A DNA stretch of 41,796 bases from Octopus bimaculoides. Its lineage: Eukaryota. Where the stretch lies: positions 2,730,845 through 2,772,640 of the forward strand of contig NC_069009.1 of assembly GCF_001194135.2 (NCBI RefSeq), read 5' to 3'. The notes under the pieces are model-generated. The model was not told where the DNA came from and did no database searches. It saw nothing but the letters and a program-made list of their open reading frames with translations. Shown here piece after piece: positions 1 to 9,915 of this stretch. A program made the translations under genes and the position numbers. Each line of letters begins with the position of its first letter. Positions within the stretch are counted from its first letter, which is position 1.

Positions 1-176
1 TGGCCCTTGTACCGGTGGCACGTAAAAGCACCCACTACACTCTCAAAGTGGTTGATGTTAGGAAGAGCATCCAGCTGTAGAAACTTTGCCAGATCAGATT
101 GGAGCCTTGTGCAGCCATCAGTCAAACCGTCCAACCCATGCCAGCATGGAAAGCAGACGTTAAATGATGATGATGA

Positions 177-180
<4 letters not shown>
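1..180 (+). mobile_element. Retroposon family B 3' portion, (GAT)n tail
   Basis: gcacgtaaaagcacccactacactc...ggaagagcatccagctgtagaaac...ccaacccatgccagcatggaaagc...gatgatgat; about 10 copies in the window. Confidence 0.85.
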
Positions 181-229
<49 letters not shown>

Positions 230-384
230 TGTACAAACACATATACATACACAAAGTTTTGACAACCAGGCAGTGGAATTGAACTGGAGACCACATGGTT
301 GAGAAGCAAGCTTCTTAACCACACAACTAATCAACCAATATATAAGAAAGAAAGAAAGAAAGAAAAAAGAACCTAGACATTTAC

Positions 385-491
385 CCAAACAAGCCCTTAG
401 TGTTGGCTACAATGAACTTCATTCCAAATTTCCGACAGAGGTCATTTATTCTTTGTTGCTCGTCCAAACTACTGGTGGTCAGCACAATAAC
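385..491 (-). CDS. UBA1: UBA1 fifth coding exon; gene continues beyond the left edge
   Basis: ttacag|GTT ATT GTG...TTT GG|gtaaat, 107 nt. It encodes VIVLTTSSLDEQQRINDLCRKFGMKFIVANTKGLFG (human VVVLTN...DTRGLFG). Confidence 0.96.
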
Positions 492-651
492 CTGTAATAC
501 AAAGAACAGATAGAAAATGTTGGCCCGAGACGAGTTCGGTGAACAGCAGGAGTTGTCAATGTGACTTCTTTCAACTCCATTTCATAAAAAGGGATACCAC
601 ATATTATTCAAATGTGTTAAAATCACATTGATGACTGTTGTTGGCACAACA

Positions 652-1012
652 TCGCTTATGACGTCGAGGGTTCCAGTTGATCCGATCAACGGAACAGCCC
701 GCTCGTGAAATTAACGTACAAGTGGCTGAGCACTCCACAGACACGTGTACCCTTAACGTAGTTCTCAGGGATATTCAGCGTGACACAGTGTATGACAAGG
801 CTGACCCTTTTGAATTACAGGCACAACAGAAACAGGAAGTAAGAGTGAGAGAAAGAGTACAGCAGGGTTCACCACCATCCCCTGCCGGAGCCTCGTGGAG
901 CTTTTTAGGTGTTTTCGTTCAATAAACACTCACAACGCCTGGTCTGGGAATCGAAACCGCGATCCTATGACCGCGAGTCCGCTGCCCTAACCACTGGGCC
1001 ATTGCGCCTCCA
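652..1012 (-). mobile_element. tRNA-derived SINE, family E
   Basis: Minus-strand head ggcgcaatggcccagtggttaggg (A box) ...ggtttcgattcc (B box); near-identical copy at 36213-36580. Confidence 0.9.
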
Positions 1013-1211
1013 CCACATTGATGCTAAATACTAACAAACTGTATACAATGTGGAACCTCATTTTACAAACACTGTTTCAAACATAAAACATCTCAGATGA
1101 GTACTGAACACACAAGCTGGAAGCAATGCTCAGCACGTTGGCCAGAGTGCTAATGACTGCCAGTTTGACACCTTAATAATAAGAATGAAAATGAAGATGG
1201 TGAGTCTTTAC

Positions 1212-1346
1212 CTGGAATTTTTTCAAGAACTCTTCGTTCAAATCACCCATATAACAATTCACCGGGACATAATTGTTCAATTCTGCCAGTCGTGGGGCAC
1301 TGACTTCAGCACGATTCTTGCCAACATCCTCTTCTCGCAGGAAGAA
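1212..1346 (-). CDS. UBA1: UBA1 fourth coding exon
   Basis: ttgtag|TTC TTC CTG...TTC CAG|gtaaag, 135 nt. It encodes [45 protein letters not shown] (human [29 protein letters not shown]...). Confidence 0.97.
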
Positions 1347-1429
1347 CTACAAGAGAAACGCACAAAGAAGTGGATAAACAGACGAAGGGAGGAGGAGATG
1401 AACATAGACGGGGATAAAGAGAGATAAAC

Positions 1430-1648
1430 AGACATGCATACCCTTGATGTAGTTAAGGAGATTCAGCAGGGCACAGAACGCAACAAGGCTGGCCCCTTTA
1501 AATTACAGATACCATGCACTTTTGCCAGCTGAGTGGACCAGAGCAATGTGAAATAGAGTGTCTTGTCTCAAGGACACAACAAACTGCTGGGAACTGGACT
1601 TTACAATCTTAAGCCAAATACTCTAACCACTAAGCCATGTGCCTTCAC
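1430..1648 (-). mobile_element. SINE with family C head and family E tail
   Basis: Head gtgaaggcacatggcttagtggttag matches 1766-2088; the 3' part matches family E; same architecture at 34125-34430. Confidence 0.75.
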
Positions 1649-1765
1649 CCTCATATTCTTTTACCTGTTTCAGTCATCTGACTGCGGCCATGCTGGAGTA
1701 CTGCCTTTAGTCAAAGCAGTGGGACTGAAGCCAGAATGATATTGTTGGGAAGCAAGCTTCTTACA

Positions 1766-2088
1766 CATGACTGACCATGGGATTGCACCTAGGAAGTTCC
1801 CCTCCGAGGTACAAGTCCGGGCAAGGTTGTTTATGGGAGACCAGCAGTGACCCATGCATACTGGCCTCCCGTCTCGACACCACCAGTGTTATCCAAGGGA
1901 AAGGCAAAGGGGCCGATACAGCTTGGCACCTGTGACGCCGCAACTCATTTCTACAGCTGAGTGAACTGGAGCAACGTGAAATAAAGTGTCTTGCTCAAGA
2001 ACACAACACGCAGCCTGGTCCAGGATTCGAACTCACAGCCTCACAATCGTAAGCTCGACGCTCTAACCACTGAGCCATGCACCTTCAC
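1766..2088 (-). mobile_element. tRNA-derived SINE, family C (CORE-like centre)
   Basis: gtgaaggtgcatggctcagtggttagagc...gagttcgaatcc (A/B boxes), then ttcttgagcaagacacttta. Confidence 0.85.
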
Positions 2089-2236
2089 TCTTACACATAC
2101 AAACATATAAACACATATACATAGACATACTCATACACACACACAAATCTGTATGTATGCATTATTAGAGTCTCACCACTGCTAAAAATCTGGACCCTAA
2201 TGAAAGTAACAAAAACAGGAGCCCCACACAACTCAC

Positions 2237-2405
2237 CTGCGATGCTAGGTCAGCCCATTCAGCATTTTCCGTGTCGTGGATTGTGACGGATTTCACACCA
2301 CCCAGAACAACATTCTTGGCTATTTCGACGCCAAGTCCTTTGATGCCCGAAATAAGTATGTTTGAGTGTGCCATGCGCCGCATAGCATCGTGTCCCAATA
2401 CATAT
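2237..2405 (-). CDS. UBA1: UBA1 third coding exon (start of first ThiF/MoeB-like adenylation repeat)
   Basis: ttcag|A TAT GTA TTG GGA...TCG CAG|gtgagt, 169 nt. It encodes [56 protein letters not shown], the hallmark UBA1 GLGVEIAKN block. Confidence 0.98.
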
Positions 2406-2573
2406 CTGAAATGAATGCGACAGCAGACTTTATTATCGTACATTTTCTCAATTAGAAGGCCATAAAAGCTAGGAGGGAGCAGGGCTGATGTAACCTTTGA
2501 CACACAAGGCAAATCAGGTTACCGCACGAGTTCTCTTCCTTCTCAATGCAACCCAAGCTACAGGAGAGAAAAC

Positions 2574-3146
2574 GGATCCTTTTTAAAACGGGGGCCACAT
2601 TTTTCATTAATGTTTTACGTAGTGTTTTTGGTACCGAAAGACTTTCAAACTTCGTATACTTATCTATTTTGTGTTATAGAACAGAAAAATATTTTTGTAT
2701 TCAAATTTATTTCATGTAAAAAATTGTCTTATTTCGATAATTTCAACCAATCACTGACAAGTATTCAGTTGTTTACATTTACTCCTTTGGCTGATTAAGC
2801 CATAGCTTCGTTTTATTTGCTTTTTTCATTTTCTTTTTTTTTTCTTCGTTTTATTTGCTTTTTTCTTTTTAAATTTGCTGTTTTACCCTAACCCTATCAC
2901 CGATAGAATTGTTTCAGAATCGTTTGTTTATGTAGTCGGCACTTAATGTATATCGGCTGAATGGACGTCAGTGATTGGTTGAAATTACGGAAATACGACA
3001 ACTTTAACATGGAATAACTTAGGGATTTCTTTTTTTTTTAAGAAGACTAAGAGAAAAAGATGTTTTATATGACACATTCTACCAGTGTTCCAAGTTTCAA
3101 AGTGTTTCGTTAATGAAAAATGTGGCCCCCGTTTTAAAAAAGATCC
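2574..3146. mobile_element. Non-autonomous DNA transposon, GGATC-TIR with 8-bp TSD (Merlin-like)
   Basis: 37-bp TIR GGATCYTTTTTAAAACGGGGGCCACATTTTTCATTAA at both ends (1 mismatch); direct repeat GAGAAAAC at 2566-2573 and 3147-3154. Confidence 0.85.
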
Positions 3147-4469
3147 GAGAAAACTTATGGCAATGTGACCTGCCTTCAGCGTGCTAACGATTAATTAGCC
3201 AAACTTGCCAACAAAAAAGTATTTAACACCAAAAAAATAAATAAATAAAAAGATGACTGGAAAAGAGCAAGTAAATTAAACTGGATTGAATTCAGAGACA
3301 CATGTCCGTGGAATGTGTGCTCTCCTTGTATTCTAGTTGCTCAAACAGGACTACCTATTTGCTGGATTACATTATAAATCTGGCACTATCAGTTATGTCA
3401 AGTATTCAAGTGGCTGAGCACTCCACACACACACACACACAGAAGTGCCCTTAACTCTTTGTGGGGTCCCTTGGGACCCCAGCAAATTTTAAAAGCTATG
3501 TAACTTTTACATTTTTTATTTAAATGATTTTATATCTCATGACTTTTATTGTTGATAGTTTATGTATGCACATACAAATTTTGAGTTAAAAATTTCCAGT
3601 CATATGGACGTTTTAGTATAAAATATGGTAATTGGGGTCCAACTGAACCCCATTGGCCTTCTGTGAAATTACTTTTTTCAGATATTCTGATGAACTATAA
3701 GTCAATTTTCTTCATATTTGTACTGGTACGAATCAATATACTTTTATTTTATTCTTTGTTTTATTTTATATTTAGTGCTATACGTATAGTTTATAGAATT
3801 ATAAAAAAATGTGCTAAATTTCTTGTTCTGTATCATGCACATATATACAAGATTCAACAAATATTACTTTGTAGGAACCCAATGGCCTTTCGTGTAATTC
3901 CAACCCTGCCAGTAGGTTAAAGCTATGTTGTTGAATAATTATATACGACTGCAGACGGTTTGGAAAAGCAGTTGATATGCCATGACTTTGGAACCAAAGA
4001 TACCAGAAAATCAATGGACTACCTGTGTATGTATGTATGTGTGTGTGTGTATCTATCTTCAACTGGTACAAAGCCTTTTCTTTCAATATCGCAACCCATC
4101 TCAGTTAAAGGGTCTGTCCTGCAAGTTACTTGGTGACCCCACTAGTGTGGGTGCCACATTAAGAGCACCCAGTACACTCTGTAAAGCAGTTACTGTTAGG
4201 AAGGAACTATGGTAACCCTCTAGCAGTTAAACCAGCCATATCCGGCCCAAATATTCTACTGGTTTTGCATTAAAACTGGCCAGATTTGACCCCTCACGTT
4301 TACGTTTGCTCTACAGTGATATTCTATAAACAAACAATCACATCACTGAAATCTCAGTGCTATCAGGTAATGCACAATTAATGCAAGACAAAATGTGAAT
4401 AAATATGCATAACATTTGAGAGAGTAAATCTGAGTGCTGAAGGGATAAAGTAGATATAATAAAAAAAAA

Positions 4470-4707
4470 TAAATGTGCCCTTTTAAAGCCTAGCCAGGCT
4501 CATGGACCCGGTTTCCCGGTTTCAATGGCGTATGTGTTCCCCAGCTAGACGGGACGCCAGTCCATCGCAGCGTTACTCATTTTTGCCAGCTGAGTGAACT
4601 GGAGCAACGTGAAATGAAATGTTTTGCTCAAGAATACAATGCGTCGCCCGGTCCAGGAATTGAAACCACAATCTTATGATCATGATGCTGACACCCTAAC
4701 CACTAAG
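4470..4707 (-). mobile_element. SINE with family C head and a third tail type
   Basis: Head ttagtggttagggtgtcagc...ggtttcaattcc plus ttcttgagcaaaacatt; the tail (gatggactggcgtcccgtc...ggctttaaaagggcacattt) differs from 1766-2088. Confidence 0.8.
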
Positions 4708-4779
4708 TAGATACTGAACTTTAATACAGCCCTCTGGCTCATAAACTAGTGAACTCATGAATTATCAGAATCTCGTAAC

Positions 4780-4970
4780 CTCACTAGTGTTGGTGCAAAT
4801 TGCACCCAAGACACTCTGTAAATTGGGTGGTGTTAGGAAGGGCATCCAGCTGCAAAAACCATGCTACAACAGACAGTAAATCCTAGTGTAGTCCCCTGGT
4901 TTGCCAGCTCCTTTCAAATCATCCATCTCATGCCAGCACGGTAAATGGATGTTAAATTATGATGACGATC
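4780..4970 (+). mobile_element. Retroposon family B fragment
   Basis: aggaagggcatccagctg...catgccagcacgg...atgatgacgat. Confidence 0.75.
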
Positions 4971-5081
4971 ACCGTCAGGATATAAACACACACACACACA
5001 CACACATCTACAAATGACAAATATGTGACACAGGATTTTATTGAGGACAGAACTGGCCCTAGAGAAGACAAGAATACTTAC

Positions 5082-5149
5082 AGTTGACGGGAATACAAAC
5101 TTTCATCAATGATGTTTTGGTCTTCAGTCCCATTCTTGGCCATATCAAT
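5082..5149 (-). CDS. UBA1: UBA1 second coding exon (internal Met44, IDESLYSRQL motif); absent from the ORF track
   Basis: tttttag|ATT GAT ATG GCC AAG AAT GGG...TCC CGT CAA CT|gtaagt, 68 nt. It encodes IDMAKNGTEDQNIIDESLYSRQ(L), versus human [20 protein letters not shown]. Confidence 0.95.
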
Positions 5150-5249
5150 CTAAAAATCAAAGATAACATTCAGATTCAGAAATTAAATAAATACATGAAC
5201 AAGTAAATCTGGTAGATGAAAGATGTGTAAGCCCACATATATATATATT

Positions 5250-5636
5250 CTTTTATTTGTTTCAGTCATTTGACTGGAGCACTGCCTTTAGTCAAACAAA
5301 TCGAACCCAGGACTTATTCTTTGTAAGCCTAGTACTTATTCTGTTGGTCTCTTTTTGCCGAACCGCTAAGTTACGGGGACGTAAACACACGAGCATCGGT
5401 GTGTCAAGCAATGTTGGGGGGACAAACACAGACACACACACACACACATATATATATACATACATATATACGACGGGCTTCTTTCAGTTTCCATCTACCA
5501 AATCTACTCACAAGGCTTTGGTCGGCCCGAGGCTATAGTAGAAGACACTTGCCCAAGGTGCCACGCAGTGGGACTGAACCCGGAACCATGTGGTTGGTAA
5601 GCAAGCTACTTACCACATAGCCACTCCTACGCCTAT
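5250..5636 (-). mobile_element. CORE-type tRNA-derived SINE, family A
   Basis: Minus strand gtaggagtggctatgtggtaag...ggttccgggttcagtccc...caccttgggcaagtgtc (CORE-like ACCTTGGGCAAGT), internal (AT/CA)n, tail gactgaaacaaataaaag. Confidence 0.9.
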
Positions 5637-5964
5637 GTGAAATTTAATTTCATTTATTTTGTTTCCAAAATTTTTAAACTTTCCAATTTTGCCATTACAA
5701 GTTCGTTGGTATCTCAACGACTACGAAAGAAGTTTTACCAGTGAGTAAGTGGGCACGTTTTAGATTAACACTAACAACCATTGAATAAATGGTAACATTT
5801 TCAATTGTTAACTGACCAAAAACCATTTTTTCTATTTCTGCCAGTATACCATTTTATTAGCGGTGCAAGTCCCAAGAAGAATAATCCAAGATAAAATAAA
5901 TGAAATTAAATTCCATATACACAAACACAATGCGCTGAATTGCCCTTGCATAGAATCGTAGGTT

Positions 5965-6330
5965 AACATGTCTGGCCACAGGGAAATATTAACTTGCATG
6001 GAAACCGGTCAGGGTGCCAACTGGAAGAGCCAAAAGGATCTGACTAATATGCCATTGTGCTTTGGCACCATTTTAACTGGACATGCTGTTAATGACAACC
6101 ACTTCACGAGTTTCAAGATTGACTTCCCCACCCCTTCCATACACAACATGTCTGGCCATCGGACAGTATTAACTTAGAGTCAAAAGGATCTGACTATGAC
6201 AACATTGTGCTTTGGTACCATTTCAACAGTGGGGTGGCCTCTTAATGACAGCCACTTCACATGAGTTTCAAGGTAGATCCCCCCCCCCCGCTCCACGCAA
6301 AACATACCTAACCATGGGGTAATATTAACT
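5965..6330. repeat. Degenerate ~180-bp tandem duplication (2 copies plus start of a third)
   Basis: aacatgtctggcca...aaaaggatctgacta...cattgtgctttgg...ttaatgaca.ccacttcac..gagtttcaag starts at 5965 and 6145. Confidence 0.8.
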
Positions 6331-6483
6331 CGCTTAGAAAGAGGTGAGAATTGGTACCAGGAATATGCCTGGGTGTAGAAAATCTGCCTCAACAAATTTT
6401 GTAAGTAAAAAGCAAACATCAAATGACGATACATACGTGTGTGCATGTGTGTGTGTGTATATATATCTGAAGATCGGACTTAC

Positions 6484-6606
6484 CGTTTTGACAGGAGAGA
6501 TGTTGTTGGTATTACAGCAGTTAAGAGCAGCTGGAGATTCAGATTCCACTCTCGATCGTTTGGTTGGAGGAGGTGAAGAGGTCTGTGTTTCGCTACCACT
6601 GGACAT
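6484..6606 (-). CDS. UBA1: UBA1 first coding exon (Met1-Thr41, NLS-like N-terminal extension)
   Basis: Minus strand reads cag|ATG TCC AGT GGT...AAA ACG|gtaagt, 123 nt, phase 0. It encodes MSSGSETQTSSPPPTKRSRVESESPAALNCCNTNNISPVKT, resembling human MSSSPLSKKRRV..., and joins in frame to the 5149 exon. Confidence 0.85.
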
Positions 6607-6902
6607 CTGAATGACCAACAACGGACATGGATAAGATGTACCAGGTCAAACAGGGTGAGCAAAGTAGAGTGGGCAGAAACACCAAAGTTGGTCGAGCAGT
6701 CAGAGAAAATGCAGGTGTGCGCACGTAAGTTTATAGATGTATGTGTTTGTGTGTGTGTACAGGTGTCCAGGGTCAGATATGGTTAGCAAACACAGGCAGG
6801 TTTCCATAGAGGCAGTAACAGGAACGATGGAAGAATGGTCGACCAAAAATGGAAACAAGAAAGCGTTAAGAATCAAATTGATTATACATTAGAGGACATT
6901 AA
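6607..6902 (-). promoter_or_regulatory. Extended 3' splice-site region: AG-exclusion zone with candidate distant branch point and polypyrimidine tract
   Basis: No CT on the plus strand (no AG on the minus strand) from 6609 to 6902. The minus strand has CTTAAC at 6870-6865, followed by a pyrimidine-rich tract, then the acceptor AG at 6608-6607. Confidence 0.6.
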
Positions 6903-6945
6903 CTTACAAACGTATACACATTATATATACATATGCATGTGTGTG

Positions 6946-6983
<38 letters not shown>

Positions 6984-7139
6984 ATTAAGGTATCAGCAAC
7001 AGTTGCTTCACCACATACCGAAGTTCAGAAATAGCAGCTTACATACAATAGGTGCTTACATACCGAAGAGCTTGGTAAAAATTATTAATTATTAATTTAT
7101 TAATAAATTAATAAATTGATAATCCTTTACCCTTTTATT

Positions 7140-7172
<33 letters not shown>

Positions 7173-8086
7173 GAGAATTTACGAAAAAAACAACAGACGA
7201 AGACAGGTGGTGTAAACAACAAATGGATGTATTAGTTTAACGCTCGGGAATAGAGAAAATCTTTGACATTTCGNNNNNNNNNNNNNNNNNNNNNNNNNNN
7301 NNNNNNNNNNNNNNNNNNNNNNNNNNNNNNNNNNNNNNNNNNNNNNNNNNNNNNNNNNNNNNNNNNNNNNNNNNNNNNNNNNNNNNNNNNNNNNNNNNNN
7401 NNNNNNNNNNNNNNNNNNNNNNNNNNNNNNNNNNNNNNNNNNNNNNNNNNNNNNNNNNNNNNNNNNNNNNNNNNNNNNNNNNNNNNNNNNNNNNNNNNNN
7501 NNNNNNNNNNNNNNNNNNNNNNNNNNNNNNNNNNNNNNNNNNNNNNNNNNNNNNNNNNNNNNNNNNNNNNNNNNNNNNNNNNNNNNNNNNNNNNNNNNNN
7601 NNNNNNNNNNNNNNNNNNNNNNNNNNNNNNNNNNNNNNNNNNNNNNNNNNNNNNNNNNNNNNNNNNNNNNNNNNNNNNNNNNNNNNNNNNNNNNNNNNNN
7701 NNNNNNNNNNNNNNNNNNNNNNNNNNNNNNNNNNNNNNNNNNNNNNNNNNNNNNNNNNNNNNNNNNNNNNNNNNNNNNNNNNNNNNNNNNNNNNNNNNNN
7801 NNNNNNNNNNNNNNNNNNNNNNNNNNNNNNNNNNNNNNNNNNNNNNNNNNNNNNNNNNNNNNNNNNNNNNNNNNNNNNNNNNNNNNNNNNNNNNNNNNNN
7901 NNNNNNNNNNNNNNNNNNNNNNNNNNNNNNNNNNNNNNNNNNNNNNNNNNNNNNNNNNNNNNTCATTTCATTTTACTATTTATATTATATATTCCATATC
8001 CCACATTAATTTTATAAGAATATAAATAAAACATAAAAAACAGACAGAGTTGGAACTCTTTTAAATAATATATTCCGAGCGTGGCC

Positions 8087-8278
8087 GTTTTCGTGCGGGT
8101 GACACGTAAAAGCACCCACTACAATCTCGGAGTGGTTGGCGTTAGGAAGGGCATCCAGCTGTAGAAACTCTGCCAAATTAGATTGGAGCCTGGTGTTGCC
8201 ATCCGGTTTCACCAGTCCTCAGTCAAATCGTCCAACCCATGCTAGCATGGAAAGCGGACGTTAAACGATGATGATGAT
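8087..8278 (+). mobile_element. Retroposon family B
   Basis: Matches 1-180 and 8752-8985. Confidence 0.85.
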
Positions 8279-8520
8279 ATTTAACTTGCATTTTAACTAC
8301 CATTTTTTCAATGCTTGAATGGGCCTGAATTCATTGAGGCAGATACCCATCCTATTGCTCACCCTCACCCGTTTCCAAGAAAGGTTTTAACGGGGGTTCA
8401 GAAACACCACATGCGTTGCATGGTGATACTAATTTTCAACTTTCACACAATACCAAGACAAGGAAATGCTCATGCACATACATGTGTGTGTGTGTGTGTG
8501 TGTGTGTATACGTACACATG

Positions 8521-8670
8521 TATGGCTGTGTAATAAGTTTTCTTCCCAACCACACGGTTCTGGGTTCAGTCCCACTGGGTGGTACCTTGGGCAACTGTCT
8601 TCCACTGTAGCCTTCAACTAACCAAAGCCTTCTGAGTGGATTCAGTAGACAGAAATTGATGATAGCCAGT
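8521..8670 (+). mobile_element. SINE family A, 5' half
   Basis: ggttctgggttcagtcccactgggtggtaccttgggcaac. Confidence 0.8.
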
Positions 8671-8751
8671 TGTGTGTGTGTATATATATCTTATCTTTTA
8701 CTCGTTTCAATCATTTTAAGTTAATGAATTCAACAGGATTTTTTTTTTTTT

Positions 8752-8985
8752 TGTGCGGGTGGCACATGAAATGCACCATTTTGAGCGTGGCCGTTGCCAG
8801 TACCGCCTGACTGGCCTTCGTGCGGGTGACACGTAAAAGCACCCACTACACTCTGAGTGGTTGGCGTTAGGAAGGGCATCCAGCTGTAGAAACTCTGCCA
8901 GATCAGATTGGAGCCAGTCCTCAGTCAAATCGTCCAACCCATGCCAGCATGGAAAGCGGACGTTAAACGACGACGACAACGACAC
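8752..8985 (+). mobile_element. Retroposon family B
   Basis: Shared family B sequence with (GAC)n tail. Confidence 0.85.
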
Positions 8986-9745
8986 TGTCTGCAAGTCGTT
9001 GGGCTCAGCATATCATCCTCCATTTTCTAATTGATATACATATATATACATATATANNNNNNNNNNNNNNNNNNNNNNNNNNNNNNNNNNNNNNNNNNNN
9101 NNNNNNNNNNNNNNNNNNNNNNNNNNNNNNNNNNNNNNNNNNNNNNNNNNNNNNNNNNNNNNNNNNNNNNNNNNNNNNNNNNNNNNNNNNNNNNNNNNNN
9201 NNNNNNNNNNNNNNNNNNNNNNNNNNNNNNNNNNNNNNNNNNNNNNNNNNNNNNNNNNNNNNNNNNNNNNNNNNNNNNNNNNNNNNNNNNNNNNNNNNNN
9301 NNNNNNNNNNNNNNNNNNNNNNNNNNNNNNNNNNNNNNNNNNNNNNNNNNNNNNNNNNNNNNNNNNNNNNNNNNNNNNNNNNNNNNNNNNNNNNNNNNNN
9401 NNNNNNNNNNNNNNNNNNNNNNNNNNNNNNNNNNNNNNNNNNNNNNNNNNNNNNNNNNNNNNNNNNNNNNNNNNNNNNNNNNNNNNNNNNNNNNNNNNNN
9501 NNNNNNNNNNNNNNNNNNNNNNNNNNNNNNNNNNNNNNNNNNNNNNNNNNNNNNNNNNNNNNNNNNNNNNNNNNNATGCATTACGACTGCATTGGAACTG
9601 CACCTGGATCCATGTGGTTGAGAAGCAAACTTCTTGGTAGACATGTCTGTCTCTCATGGTGTGACAACTGGTGTTTGTTTATTTGCATCCCTGCAACTTG
9701 GTAGTTCACCAAAAGATAAAAGAAATAGCAATCCTTTGGAGAATA

Positions 9746-9915
9746 TCATCATCATCATCATCGTTTAACGTCCGCTTGCCATGCTAGCATGGGTTGGACG
9801 ATTTGACTGAGGACTGGTGTAGTGGGTGCTTTTACGTGCCACCGGCACGAAGGCCAGTCAGGGGGTACTGGCAACGGCTACGCTCAAAATGGTGTATTTT
9901 ACGTGCCACCTGCAC
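9746..9915 (-). mobile_element. Retroposon family B, inverted relative to 8087 and 8752 copies
   Basis: atcatcatcgtttaacgtccgcttgccatgctagcatgggttggacg is the reverse complement of the family B tail. Confidence 0.85.

Noticed and set aside
2406-2512. N-terminal extension MPCVSKV...RIHF of the 115-aa ORF
   Set aside because: Intronic read-through; similarity to UBA1 begins exactly at the ttcag acceptor (2405) and ends at the gtgagt donor (2236).
3451-3920. Possible piggyBac-like insertion between two TTAA sites
   Set aside because: GGGGTCC/GACCCC subterminal motifs are present, but the two ends are not convincingly inverted repeats and the right flank does not clearly resume the interrupted repeat.
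6902-6907. GTAAGT as donor of a 301-nt intron before the Met1 exon
   Set aside because: The would-be exon upstream is (AT)/(CA) microsatellite with a poor exonic end (ttt). It more likely just bounds the AG-free zone, though this is not excluded.
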